Assembly: GCF_009914755.1 (NCBI RefSeq)
Contig: NC_060944.1
Direction: 5' to 3' (one strand)
Origin: the human T2T-CHM13v2.0 reference genome, Homo sapiens
DNA: 64,000 bases
Shown here: positions 43,125-59,085 of the stretch, piece after piece
Position numbering within the stretch: the first letter of the stretch is position 1
Layout of the letters: every line of letters begins with the position of its first letter
Notes under the pieces: generated by a model
What the model saw: only the letters and a program-made list of their open reading frames with translations
Told to the model about the DNA's origin: nothing
The model's database searches: none
Program-made: the position numbers and the translations under genes

Positions 43125-43690
43125 TGTGGTACACAGATTCTTGGGTGGCCCCATGATCCCCCCTCTTAATGTTAAGGACTTTGTGTGATCTTATCCCCTT
43201 GAGTGTGGGCAGGACTCTGCCTTGCTTCTAACCAACAGGATACAGCAACGGTAATGGTATATGTGTGATTGCATGTGCATGACTGTGTTGCATCAGATTG
43301 TAATGCCTATCTTCCTAAGAGACTCTCTCCCCTGTGGGATTTGAAGAACAAGGCTGCCATGTTATGTGCTGCCTATGGAGAGGGCCACATGGCAAGGAAT
43401 TAAAGTAACCTGTAGATGACAGCCAGCAAAGGGGCCAGCAAGAAACTGGGCCCTCAGTAAGCAGCCTGCAAGGAACTGAATGTTGCCAACAAACACATGA
43501 ACCCAGAAGTGCATCCATCCCCAGTCAAGCTTCACATGAGACCACAGCCCTAACCAACCCCTTGATTGCAGCTTTGTGAGACCCCAGTGTAAAGGGCCCA
43601 GCTAGGCCATGCCCTGACTCCTGACCCAGAGAAACTCTGAGATAATAAATGTATTGTTTTAAACTACTAAGTGTGTAATAATATTATAAT
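43125..43690 (+). mobile_element. MLT1E-like LTR
   Basis: ccccttgagtgtgggcaggac...ggccacatggcaaggaa...ctgacccagagaaactctgagataataaat. Confidence 0.8.
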
Positions 43691-44043
43691 AGAGCAACAG
43701 ATAACTAATGTGGAACCTATCATGGTCTCCCCAAGCCAACTCCTTCAGATGATTGCCATTCCACTCACCCATATGCCAAAAACCTGGGTATCACCTGGGG
43801 CTCTTTCTCCTCCTCTCAGCATTCCCCCTCCACATCCAATCCATCAGCAAGTCTTGGCAAGTCTTCCTTCTAAATGTCTTCCTGTCTCATGGAAAATTAC
43901 CTTGATGCAATGGTGACCCCTAAGAACACCATCAGGTAACTAAATCAGAGGCCATGGAACTGAAAACCTCACAGACTAAATTGAGATGCTCAACTCACAC
44001 CATTCATTAACCAATTAAAACCCAAAGTCAAACAAAATCAAGG

Positions 44044-44348
44044 AGGCAGGGCATGGTGACTCATACCTGTAATGTCAACACTTTGGGAGGCTGAGGCAGA
44101 AAGATCACTTGAGTCCAGGAGTTCAAGGCCAGCCTAGGCAACATAGTAGAGACCCTTTCTCTACAAAAAAAAAAGAAAAATTAGCCAGGTATGGTGGCAC
44201 ATACCTGTAGTCCCAGCTACTCAGAAGGCTAAGGTGGGAAGATTACTTAAGCCTGGGAAATTGAGGCTGCAGTGGGCTATGATCACACCACTCCACTCCA
44301 GACTGAGTGAAAGAGCAAGACCCTGTTTCAAAAAAAATCAAGAAAAAA
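44044..44348 (+). mobile_element. AluJ
   Basis: Dimer with gaggctgcagtgggctatgatc. Confidence 0.9.
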
Positions 44349-44485
44349 ATGATAAGGTTGGTTGGCTCATTTAGAATTGGGTACACACAAGTAAGTGGAA
44401 GGAACAAATGATCCTGGATCCCTGGGGTATGCAACATTCATGTGTCCTGTTTCTCTCTCTCCCTCTCTTTCTTTGTCCCCCTCCC

Positions 44486-44488
<3 letters not shown>

Positions 44489-44520
<32 letters not shown>
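44489..44520 (+). repeat. (AC)n microsatellite
   Basis: About 16 AC units seen directly. Confidence 0.95.
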
Positions 44521-44521
<1 letters not shown>

Positions 44522-46144
44522 AGCCTGCCCTGCTGAAGTATGGATTTGGAGGAGCAGTGTTGAGGTTTGAGCAAGGGAGCATCCAACAGATAAAGATGCC
44601 CGGGGCCAATCACACACAACTCTACTGGACTGGAGAGACCTAGAAAAATACACAGTCTTGGCCACTGCTGTAGTTTGATCACTAGCCTGCCATACAGCCA
44701 AGGGCTTTATCTGCATTTCTTGGATGGAACATACGTAGGGCCAGAATGAGACTAGGATTGGTGACTCCAGTGGGTGGCCAATTTAGGGACGACCTAGCTG
44801 TCAGACTAGCAGTGACACCATCACAACTTGGTCTTTTCACCCATTTCTATTTACAACACTCTTATTTGTTTTGCCATAGAAGTCATTTAATCTATCTATG
44901 ATTAGTAAGTTACTAACATTCTTACTATCTATCAACACATTTAACATACCTTATGAATTCTGCCTGAGTTGTGTATGCTTAACACTTCCTCTAAATTTTG
45001 TCTCTATTTCATAAGCTCCTAGCTTATGAACCATCTATGCTGAACACTTCTTAGGAGGTTCATCCATCCTATTTGCTTTTCTTATCCTTTATAAAAGAAT
45101 TACATATTATCATGTAATGCAGCAAACGCGTGTTACACTTCCCAAACCATCCACTTTCTTGCAACTCCTCTGCCTCCACCACAGTCCAAGCTGCCACTTT
45201 CTTTCAACTGCAACCTCTTAATTGGTTTCCTGCTACTACACTGACCATCCCCACAGTATCCGGAAGGTGGCTTCTAAAAGGGAAATCTCTTTCTGTCCAG
45301 CCTGGCCATAAAGCATAAACTCCTGAATGACATTAAAGCCTATGATGATACAGTCACAACGCCCTCTCCTCTCACTTCAAGTCCCGCTATTGCCCACCTC
45401 CCACACCATGCACTCTCAGAACCAGCCCTGCCTCTGCACATGCCCTGCCTAGAATGAGCTCTTTCCAATGTTCCTGCTCAACTCCTACACTCCAATCAAG
45501 ACCCAGCTCAGGCATCACCTCCTCTGGGAGCCATTCTCTGATTCTCTCCCCAGTAAATATTCAGGGAGGAGACAGGCAAGGAGAAGAGAGGACGAAGAGA
45601 GAGAAGGAAGAATGGAGGAAAGCCATAACCATTCCACTATTAAATGGAATAAATCCAGAAGTAATAATTGCCCTCCCCCTCAAGGTATTTAAATAAGACT
45701 GAATGACATCTAGGAAAAATAATTGCAGAAATTGTTCAAACACAGAATATGCACTTGCACCAGAAACAATCCACAATTTTTCCTTGGAGTCCGGGTGTTC
45801 CAATTATCTTTTGGGGCAAAGTAAATGACCCCAGTGCTTACTGGCTTAAAACAACAACCATTTATTATGTCTCATGATTTTTAGGCCATTTTTCTCCTCT
45901 GTGGCACTGACTATGCTCACTCAGTGGTATTTAGCCAGCAGCTGGGCTGGGCTGAAGTGTTCAAGACAGCATCATTCACATATGTGCCTTTTGGCAGGAG
46001 CCAGGAGTCTAGGCTCAGCTGGGTGTCTCCCCTCTGCATGTAGACTCTGGTCTGTCCAGCATATCCAACAGCATGGTCAGACATCACATGCGGCATCTCA
46101 GGCTCCAGGAGACCAAAGTAGAAGCGGCCAGTCTTTTTAAAAAC

Positions 46145-46480
<336 letters not shown>

Positions 46481-46745
46481 CTATTGGTCAAAACATTTAG
46501 GGGCCAGCCCAGCTTCAAGGAAGAGGGGAAACAGACCCCACCTCTTAATGAGGACTGTCAAAAAATCTGCAGCCATCTGTAAATTCCTGATGTGGAACTG
46601 AAGACCACATCTCCAGAAAGCCTCACCAGGCCTGGGAACAGTCCAGACAAAACAGCCACTGAACCCCTGACAACAGCAACTATGAGATAATATATGTTTT
46701 TTGTTAGTTAAACCCATTTCATTTGGGGATAATTTTTTTTTTTAA

Positions 46746-48521
<1,776 letters not shown>

Positions 48522-48647
48522 ATCCCCCCTCTAAACAGGACACCCCAACTGCTGTTGGGAATTTGGCTGATGACCGCTCTAGCTACTTCCTGCTGCATAG
48601 GGGCGAAGGAGGGGCCCTGCACTTGTGGTGTCCTTCTGAGGGAACTC
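48522..48647 (-). mobile_element. HERV9 internal 3' end with polypurine tract
   Basis: Minus strand ...cagcagttggggtgtcctgtttAGAGGGGGGAT abuts the LTR start, marking 46953-48521 as a 3' LTR. Confidence 0.85.
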
Positions 48648-49874
48648 AGCTTGCAGGGAGGTGTGGAGGGAGAGGCGCGAGCGGGAACCAGGGCTGCGTG
48701 CGGAGCTTGCGGGCCAGCTGGAGTTCCGCGTGGGCGTGGGCTTGGCGGGCCCCGCACTCGGAGCAGCCCACCAGCCCTGCTGGCCCCGGGCAATGAGGGA
48801 CTTAGCACCCGGGCCAGTGGATGCGGAGGGTGTACTGGGTCCCCCAGCAGTGCCGGCCCACCGGCGCTGTGCTCGATTTCTCCCCAGGCCGTAGCTGCCC
48901 TCCCGCGGCGCAGGGCTCCAGACCTGCAGCCCGCCATGCCTGAGCCTCCCACCCACTCCATGGGCTCCTGTGTGGCCCGAGCCTCCCCAACAAGCACCAC
49001 CCCCTACTCCATGGCGCCCAGTTCCATCGACCACCCAAGGGCTGAGGAATGCAAGCACATGGCGCGGGACCGGCAGGCAGCTCCACCTGCAGCCCCAGTG
49101 CGGGATCCACTAGGTGAAGCCAGCTGGGCTCCTGAGTCTGGTGGGGATGCGGAGAGTCTTTATATCTAGCTCAGGGATTGTAAATACACCAATCACCACC
49201 CTGTGTTTAGCTCAAGGTTTGTGAATGCACCAATCGACACCCTGTATCTAGCTGCTCTGGTGGGGCCTTGGAGAACCTGTGTATCCAAACTCTGTATCTA
49301 ACTAATCTGATGGGGACGTGGAGAACCTTTGTATCTAGCTCAAGGATTGTAAACGCACCAATCAGCACCCTGACAAAACAGGGCACTCGGCTCTACCAAT
49401 CAGCAGGATGTGGGTGGGGCCAGATAAAAGAATAAAAGCAGGCTGCCCGAACCACCATTGGCAACCTGTTTAGGTCTTCTTCCACACTGTGGAAGGTCTG
49501 TTCTTTTGCTCTTTGCAATAAATCTTGCTAGTGGTCACTCTTTGGGTCCGCGCTGCCTTAAGAGCTGTAACACTCACCGCAAAGGTCTGCAGCTTCACTC
49601 CTGAGCCCAGCGAGACCACGAGCCCACCGGGAGGAACGAACAACTCCAGACGCGCTACCATAAGAGCTGTAACACTAACCGCGAAGGTCTGCAGCTTCAC
49701 TCCTGAGCCAGCGAGACCACGAACCCACCAGAAGGAAGAAACTCCGAACCCATCCGAACATCAGAAGGGACAGACTCCAGACGCGCCACCTTAAAAGCTG
49801 TAACACTCACCGCGAGAGTCCACGGCTTCATTCTTGAAGTCAGTGAGACCAAGAACCCACCAATTCTGGACACA
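48645..49874 (+). mobile_element. LTR12C lacking the first ~160 bp of U3
   Basis: Reverse-complement match to 46953-48362; ends TCTGGACACA; AATAAA box 49431-49436; poly(A) signal 49517-49522. Confidence 0.95.
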
Positions 49875-49890
49875 TCCTGACTTCAGGTGA

Positions 49891-50085
<195 letters not shown>

Positions 50086-50356
50086 TAAAGTTAAAGAATT
50101 TAAGAAAGTTATGAGACCAGATCTTCAAAATCTACTATCTCGGAGCCAATTCTCATTCATATACGCACGTAACAAATATCTCTGAGTTCCTACTCTGTGC
50201 TGCGCGTTAAGCAAAGTGCTGGAGATAGAAGGGTAAGCAAAACAGACATGGTCTCTCAAATCACAGGTCTCTTTAAGAATACCCCAGTCTGGGTCCTTTC
50301 TATATCCTGTAAGTTTCACTCCCAGGGCAGCTACTGCCGGATGAAAATGGGCTCTG

Positions 50357-50649
50357 GGCCAGGCCTGTAATCCCAGCACTTTGTGAGGGTGAGGCAGGCA
50401 GATCACCTAAGCTCAGGAGTTTGAGACCAGCCTGCCCAACATGGTGAAACCCTGTCTCTACTAAAAATACAAAAAATTAGCTGGGCGTGGTGGTGGGCAC
50501 CTGTAATCCCAGCTACTCAGGAGGCTGAGGCAGGAGAATCTCTTTAAACAGGGATGCAGAGGTTGCAGTGAGCCGAGATCACGCCACTGCACTGCAGCGT
50601 GGGAGACAACAGCAAAACTCCGTCAAAAAAAAAAAAAAAAGAAAGAAAA
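50357..50649 (+). mobile_element. AluS with a small deletion in the A-box region
   Basis: ggccaggc|ctgtaatccc; TSD gaaaatgggctctggg at 50343 and 50650. Confidence 0.93.
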
Positions 50650-50839
50650 GAAAATGGGCTCTGGGCACCTCTAATAATTCACAGCCCCTGTCCCTAGCCC
50701 AGCCTGCTCACTAGTCTTGCTTTCCTTCTTGGCTTCTGACTTGGCTCATTTCATGTTACCCATTGCTTGGACCTAATACGCTGGCTTTGGGCTTTTCTAG
50801 CAAACCACATTCCCATTCACTTTCACGTTCCAAACCAGG

Positions 50840-51080
50840 GCCAGGCACAGTAGCCGCGACCTTAGCATCGGCCCTAGGAGTGACCCGGAAGTCCATGCCA
50901 CCAGTCCAGAAGTCATTCCGGACTCTTCTTTCCTGTGTCTCCCGGTCCAGTTCTTCCTTCCGCTGAACGCTGAGAAAGTCGTCCCTGGGCGGGGGAAGCT
51001 GGCTCTTTGCTTCCCCTCGGGCCCATGAGCCATTGTCCCCAACCAGCGAGGCGCATCTTAGAAGCACCATCTCCTCGGGC
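50840..51080. promoter_or_regulatory. Candidate CpG-enriched promoter (ETS sites plus GC box)
   Basis: Perfect CCGGAAGT at 50885-50892, inverted attccgg at ~50915, GGGCGGGG at 50987-50994; CpGs retained in non-repeat DNA. Confidence 0.55.
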
Positions 51081-52224
51081 TCTTTTCCTGCTCTGCCTGG
51101 ATTGGGCTCATTTACTAAAAATTAGTTGGGAATGAAAAAAGCCCTTAGTTTATTAGCGTGCTATTATTCCCCTCCCACCATGCCCCTGCAGCATGATGGA
51201 TTGCCTGGTGAGGGGACGCAGCCCCAGCCGGGGAGTGAGCAAGCTCTGCTCGGTCCCCGGCGCAGACAGATGGGGAGGCCGAGTCCTGACCATGATTGAT
51301 TAGCTCCGCAAAGCCTGTTGAGCGGAGTTCCATCAAGATTGATGCTTTCTCCTCATAACAGCATTTCCAAAAAGTTTCTATTACATTTTGATTATGTTTA
51401 TAGAATCTCGCTGGTCCGGGGGAAGATGCAATCTCGTTCGTTCCCAGTATGTGTCTGCGTGGGCCGCCACAGCGCCTCACACAGCCCTGCTAGCTTGGCC
51501 TTTGCAGAGTGACCTCACTTTCTGGTCAGGAGGAAGGACTTGGGTTGCCTCCCACCATCAAGGTGGAAGAAGCTAATGTCCACTCTCCCAGTGCCCAGAG
51601 TTCAGTCTCACGGCAGTTCTGGTTTTCGAAGCCCAACCATTTCAGGTGTTCTCAGGCCTGGGCCTGAAGGTAAAAGAGAAAATCAGAGCAAAGGCATTTC
51701 CTGAGATCGGCAGGCTGTTGCGGAAGAGACTGGGCAGCCCTCATTTTTCTACGTGGTTCCCAAGGACACAGTAAGACCACGTCAAATGCGTGGCAAAATA
51801 TATGTTTAAATATTTATGCAAATGCATTTATTTATGTGTGTCTGTGTGCGTGTGTCCCATTTTACCCCACAAAGGATTTGAATGATGTACAAGAAATGTG
51901 GAAAATGAATAAAGAACAAGAATTCGGACCAGGGAAATGCAAATCAGGCTAGAATATCAAGACCAAAAGGAAAAACTAAATATATATGCAACATGTAAGA
52001 TGCCACAGTCTTTATGCTTGGGCCTTTAAGTTGGTCTGAGTTTCCTGATAGTCAACGTGAAAAGGGAAATAAAATTGGTTACTTAGTTCTTTTCTAGCTG
52101 TTATTAATAAAAGAATTTTCAGAAATGCCAGTTCTTTGGGGGAATCTTAGGGTTTCTTCCAATTTTATTCTAAAGGAAATTTTGTACTAGAGAGTTGTAA
52201 ATAGAAGACTACAATAAATATGTT

Positions 52225-52590
52225 AAACCAGTACTGACATTTTGGGCTAGATAATTCCTTGTGTGGGGGCTGCCCTATGAATCATAAGATATTTAGCAGC
52301 ATCCTTAGTCTATACTAACCAGATACCAATAGCGAACCCTCTTCAAGTTGTAATAACCAAAAATGCCTCCAGATACTGTCAGATGTATCCTGGGGTTTGC
52401 TATTGCTAGATTTAACAAGAATTCAGAATGCCCAGTTAAATTTGAATTTCACATTTTTTAAAATGAATAATATTTTAATGTAAGTATTTCCCAGGCAACA
52501 TTTGGATATACTTATACTAAAATTATATTCTTTTTTATCTGAAATTCAGATGTAACTAGCCATCCTGGATTATGTCAAGTAACCCCACCT
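52225..52590. mobile_element. MER20-like element with adjacent MER53-like hAT MITE
   Basis: tgacattttgggctagataatt...aaaaatgcctccagatactgtc; cccagttaaatttgaatttc...tctgaaattcagatgtaact. Confidence 0.7.
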
Positions 52591-52854
52591 GATGGGCCAC
52601 ATCCTCAGTGGGAAGATCTCCCAGGAACCTTTCAAACATGATGCACTGCAAGGGGCTTACTCTCCACATCATGTTTTTTAAAGTGTAACAATGTGAAAAC
52701 ATGTTTTTCTTCAGTGCTTCTTTTTTTATTTATAGATAACAATAGTTTGCCTTCTGTTTTATATCTTTTTAACTATAAAATTTAATTGTGATCTATCTTG
52801 CAAATAAATGATATACTTTTGAAAAAATAAATAAATAAAAATTTAAAACTCCAG

Positions 52855-52993
52855 GCCTTTTGCAGTGGCTCACACCTATAATCCCAGCACTTTGGGAGGC
52901 CAAGGCACAAGGATGGTTTGACCTCAGGAATTCAAGACCAGCCTGGGCGACAGAGTGAGACCCCATCTCTACAAAAAAAAAAAAAAAAAAAAA
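52855..52993 (+). mobile_element. Alu left monomer (FLAM-like)
   Basis: Single arm ending ccccatctctac plus poly(A). Confidence 0.85.
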
Positions 52994-54676
52994 TCTAATT
53001 GAGCACCACTATGTTAAACAGTGCCCTCAAAACAGCCCTTTGGGGTAATAATGTAGCCAGAGAATTCCAAAAGACTGGGTCTTGTAGTATCCACAGAAGA
53101 AATCAAGGGCATAACTCTACAATATAACTTTAAAAGAGCAATTCTGCACAGTTCTAAACAATATTATCCTTCCACAATATTTTTGACGATCCTGCTTGAT
53201 CCAGTGTTAAAACCTAGAGACACTTTGCTGCAACCTCCCCCTAGTCTAACTGCCCAGATTCCCTTTGCAAAAGGCAGTGAGGTGAGTCTCACCTGATGGT
53301 CCCAAATGATCCCATGCTGGTGCTGCTAGTTTCCTTTGGCCACTGGGATTACAAAGTAGACTCAAGCAATCTCTAGAAATTACCCATTCTAGGGTTACTC
53401 GGTTGTAAAAACTGGCTAGACATTTGGAAAATAGCAGTTGGATCCCTTCCTCATCCTTTGTACCAAAATAAATACCAGATGTATCAAAATTTTTAAGCAT
53501 GAAACAATGAAATCAGATTAGTACTAGAAGAAAATGTGGGATAACTTTTTGGAATTGCCAGGATAGGAAAGGGCCTTTTGTGTCACCTTCGGGACACAAA
53601 ATCCAGAAACGATGGAGTAAAAAAAGATTGAGAGATTTTACCACATTTTTTAAATGTAAGTCTCTGCATGGCAGACAGAAAAACGAAGACTAACGAAGTT
53701 GGGGAAAAATACAGGCCATATAAAGGAGGACTAATGTCTCCATTACACAGAAAGTTCCCAGAAAAAGAAATTCAAATGGCTTTTAAAAACATGAAAGAGT
53801 GATCAACCTCACTCAGCTACAAATTAAAACCACAATTAAAAATCTATTTTTATCAATCATATGGGCAAAGATCAAAACGTCTAATAACATGCCATCAGTA
53901 AGAATGGGGGGAAACAGACACTAAAAGAGTTGTTGGAAATACATGCTCACTCTTGGAAGGCATTTTGGCATTGTGTATTCAATTTTAGCTGTGCAGTTTC
54001 ACTTCTGATATTTACTCCACAGATATGTATGAGTGCAAAGATGTATATATAAAGTTAGTCATTAAAGTGTTTGTTAGCAAAATTTGTGAATAAACTAAAT
54101 ATCCACCACTACAAATTTTCTTAAATAAATTATGGTACATTCATGCAAAGAAATGCTATGCAGCAGTTTTACAATATAGAGTGGCTATAGAACAAGAAGT
54201 AGTAAGGAATGATCTCCAAGATATAATGTGAAGTGAAAAAAAAGAAAGTGCTGAAGATGTATAGAGGATAGTAAGACAAAGTAGATAGATATATAAACGT
54301 GCTTTTCTTATTCATATATGTGTGCTTATGAAGCAATACACAAGAAATTGGTTATATTGATTGCCTCTGGGAAGTGAACATAAGAAACTGGTATGAAGAA
54401 TGAAAACAAGATTTACTTTTAACGAATACTTTTTTGAATCATTTGGATTGTTTTAACCATGTGTATGTATTAACTTTTCAAAATGACATCAACTGATCTT
54501 TGACAAGAGCACCAAGAATACACAATGAGGAAAAGATTATCTTTCCAATAAATGGTGTTGGGAAGACAGGATATCCATGTGTCAAAGGATGAAATTGGAC
54601 CCCTATTTTATACCATAAAAAATAAACTCAAAATGAATTAAAGATTTAAACATAAAGACTTGAAATTGTAAAACTA

Positions 54677-55084
54677 CTGGATTAAGAAAATGTGGCACAT
54701 ATACACCATGGAATACTATGCAGCCATAAAAAATGATGAGTTCATGTCCTTTGTAGGGACATGGATGAAATTGGAAATCATCATTCTCAGTAAACTATCG
54801 CAAGAACAAAAAACCAAACACCGCATATTCTCACTCATAGGTGGGAATTGAACAATGAGAACACATGGACACAGGAAGGGGAACATCACACTCTGGGGAC
54901 TGTTGTGGGGTGGGGGGAGGGGGGAGGGATAGCTTTAGGAGATATACCTAATGCTAAATGACGAGTTAATGGGTGCAGCACACCAGCATGGCACATGTAT
55001 ACATATGTAACTAACCTGCACATTGTGCACATGTACCCTAAAACTTAAAGTATAATAATAATAAAATAAAAATTAAAAAAAAAA
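54677..55084 (+). mobile_element. L1PA3-like 3' end, 5'-truncated
   Basis: ttaggagatatacctaatgctaaatgacgagttaatggg; lacks the L1HS ACA diagnostic; TSD aaaacta 54670-54676 / 55085-55091. Confidence 0.88.
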
Positions 55085-55376
55085 AAAACTAGAAGAAAAC
55101 ATAGGGGGAAAGCTTCATGACATTGGTCTTGGCAATGACTTCATGGCTATGACACCAAAAGCGCAGGCAACAAAAGCAAAAATAGAAAAGTTGGACTACA
55201 TCACATTTAAAACTTCTGCCCAGTAAAGGAAACAACCAATGGAGTGAAAAAGCAATCTATGGAATAGGAGACTATATTTCCAAGCCATATATCCGAGAAG
55301 GGGTTTATTTCCAAAATATATAAAGAACTCTTATAACTCAACAGAAAAAAAATAGTACAACTGAAAAATGAGCAGC

Positions 55377-55677
55377 AGCCGGGTGCGGTGGTTCACGCCT
55401 GTAATCCCAGTAATTTGGGAGGCTGAGGAGGGCAGATCATGAGGTCAGGAGATCAAGACCATCCTGGCCAACATGGTAAAACCCCGTCTCTATTAAAATA
55501 CAAAAAAAAAAAAAATTAGCCAGGCATGGTGGCGCGTACCCGTAGTCCCAGCTACTCAGGAGGTTGAGGCAGGAGAATCGCTTGAACTCAAGAAGCAGAG
55601 GTTTCAGTGAGCCGAGATTGCACCACTGCACTCCAGCCTGGCAACAGAGTGAGACTCCATCAAAAAAAAAAAAAAAA
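55377..55677 (+). mobile_element. AluSc-like
   Basis: gatcatgaggtcaggagatcaagaccatcctggcc. Confidence 0.92.
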
Positions 55678-56128
55678 GGTAAAGGACTTGAACAGACATT
55701 TCTCTCAAGAAGAAATACAAATGGCCAACAGGTATATGAAAAGGTGCTCAACATCACTAAGCATTAGGAAAATACAGACTAAAACCACAATGAGATATCA
55801 CTTGACACCTGTTACAATGGCTATTATCCAAAAAATTGAAAAAATAGCAAGTATTGACAAAATTGTGGAGAAATTGGGCCCTTGCACTCTATCGGTGGGA
55901 ATGTAAAAAACAATTTTTAAATTTAAAAATGCCCAGCTTAACTTAAAATAATTTATCTTATGGAAATAACCAGACAGTTGCTAACATTTGTACTCCAAAA
56001 TATTTATTGCAATATCGTAATAAAAAATTGGAGATGACTTCAGTGTCCAATAATAGACAATTGGTTTAAATGATATATGATATATACATGCAGTAAGACC
56101 ACTTTGTAACCATTAAGAATCACCGTCA

Positions 56129-56467
<339 letters not shown>

Positions 56468-57196
56468 TCATGATATATTATTAAGTGAAAAAAAACAAGC
56501 ACAAAATCATATGTACAATATGATCATGATTGTTTTCAAACACACACAGAGATGTTTATGGGATAGGAGAGATGTTTTCCAAATGTTAGTAGCCATGTTC
56601 TCTGGGTGGCAGATTTGCAGGTAATGTGTATTCTCTTCTTCATACTTTTCTATATAGTCCATAATTTCTGTGAAAAAATATTAATTTTATAATTAAAAAG
56701 CATTCAATATTATATGAAAGGGAAATAAATTCCCACTGGCCCTATGCTGAGATGAATGCCAAGTTCCTAGTCCCTCCATGACGCTTAGGGTCAGCTTTAT
56801 TTTTTTAAAAAAAAAGGGCTAGGGCTAGATTCCAGTGGGGGGACTATTTGGGACACAGCATAATTTTGGCTATAAGAGTCAGTGATCCCAATTGGAAGGC
56901 CATATTTCAGTCCCATAGGATCCACATGATAAAGAACATGGAGGGCAGAGGTCCTGAATCCTTGATACTACCTGGAATTCTTTCTACCTATTTTTGGCTA
57001 AAACCACTCTTTATTTCCAGCAAAAGCCTCTACGACCTCCTCCAAATCCACCAAACCTTCAAAGCCTGCCACATCCAGGAAGCCCTGTCTGATACCATCC
57101 CCTCTGCCGACATAGGACATAGTGTGGACATCTCTCCCCAGCCCCTAGTTATTTACTATACTGTAAAAATATTTTAAAATTATTAATCACAGCTGT

Positions 57197-57511
57197 GGCT
57201 GGGCACGGTGACTCACACCTGTAACCTGTAACCCCAGCACTTTGGGAGGCCAAGGCAGCCAGATCACGTAACGTCAGGAGTTTGAGACCAACCTGGGCAA
57301 CATGGTAAAACCCCATCTCTACTAAAAAACAAAAATTAGCCAGGTGTGATGGCAGGAGCCTGCAATCCTAGCTACTCAGGAGGCTGAGACAGGAGAATTG
57401 CTTGAACCCAGGAGGTGGAGGTTGCAGTAAGCCAAGATTGCACCATTGCACTCCAGCCTGGGGGATAAGAGCAAATTTCCCTCTCAAAAAATAATAATAA
57501 TACAATAAAAT
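57197..57511 (+). mobile_element. AluS
   Basis: TSD tattaatcacagct on both sides. Confidence 0.93.
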
Positions 57512-58708
57512 AAAAGTATTAATCACAGCTACCATTTACTCAGCACCTCATTTTGCACCACATGCTATGCAAAACTCTTTACATTTATTAGGTCATTCAA
57601 CCTTTATAACAACCCTACGATGAAGCCTCTATAAAGTGTATAGTTGAGCAAAATGAGGCACAGTGGGACCTAGTTCCTCACTTAGGGTATCTCAAACAGT
57701 AATGGCACTACCAGGATGCAAACTAAGTTCAGTGATTTCAAAGACCATAACCTCAACTACTATGAGATGCTGACTCTTTCATGGTGTGCCTCTCAGAATC
57801 AGAGATATTTTTCTACTGGACAGGCCCTGCCAAGTACCCATTTCTCTTGACAGCAGCAACCAAACTTGCCTTGGGAAATCGTCCTCTTTTTGTGCAATAT
57901 TTCCGGGACTGTCATTCAAGATGTCCCACCTGTCCTGGTCACATGACCCCACCTGAGCCAATCAGGCTTATTGTCAGAACTTTGAGCCTAGAATAGGTGA
58001 TGCAAGAACAGAAAGGTCAGTGGACCCTTGAGCCAATTGGTCATTAACCCATGATTAACTGGACTCTATCCCCAGAACCAAACCTATTGACCTCACATGC
58101 TGCAAAAAATTCCTGGTTTTGTTTAGATTAACCAGAGTTTGCTCAGTTTAGCTTGGAATCAAAAACCCTACCTAAAAGGACTAGTGTCTGAAGTATATAA
58201 AGGACTCTCAAAATTCAACCATAAAAAACAAAAATTTTCAACAAAATACTAGCAAACCAAATTCAGCAACATGTAACCAAGTGACATTTATCTCAGAAAT
58301 GCAAGATTGGCTTAATGTACAAAAATCAATCAGTGTAATACACCATATTAGTAGAATAAAGGACAAAAATCACATGATGGTCTTAATAGATACAGAAAAG
58401 GCATTTGACAAATCCAGTACCTTATTATGATTTTTAAAAAAATACTTCACAAATTAGAAATACAAGAGAACTTTCTCAACCTGATAAAGGCCATCTATTT
58501 TTTTTAATAATCCACAGCTAACAATATATTTAATGATACTTAATGGTGAAAGATTGGCTGGCTTTCTCCTAAGATCAGGAATAAAATAAGAATTTCCACT
58601 CTTGCCACTTCTGTTCAACATTGTTCTACAGGTTCTAGCCAGAGCAATTAGACAAGAAAAAAAAAGACATCCAGATTGGGAAGGAAGAAGTAAAACTATC
58701 TCCATTCA

Positions 58709-59085
<377 letters not shown>

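Noticed and set aside
50756-51070. 104-aa minus-strand ORF across the candidate promoter
   Set aside because: No recognisable domain; expected by chance in GC-rich DNA.
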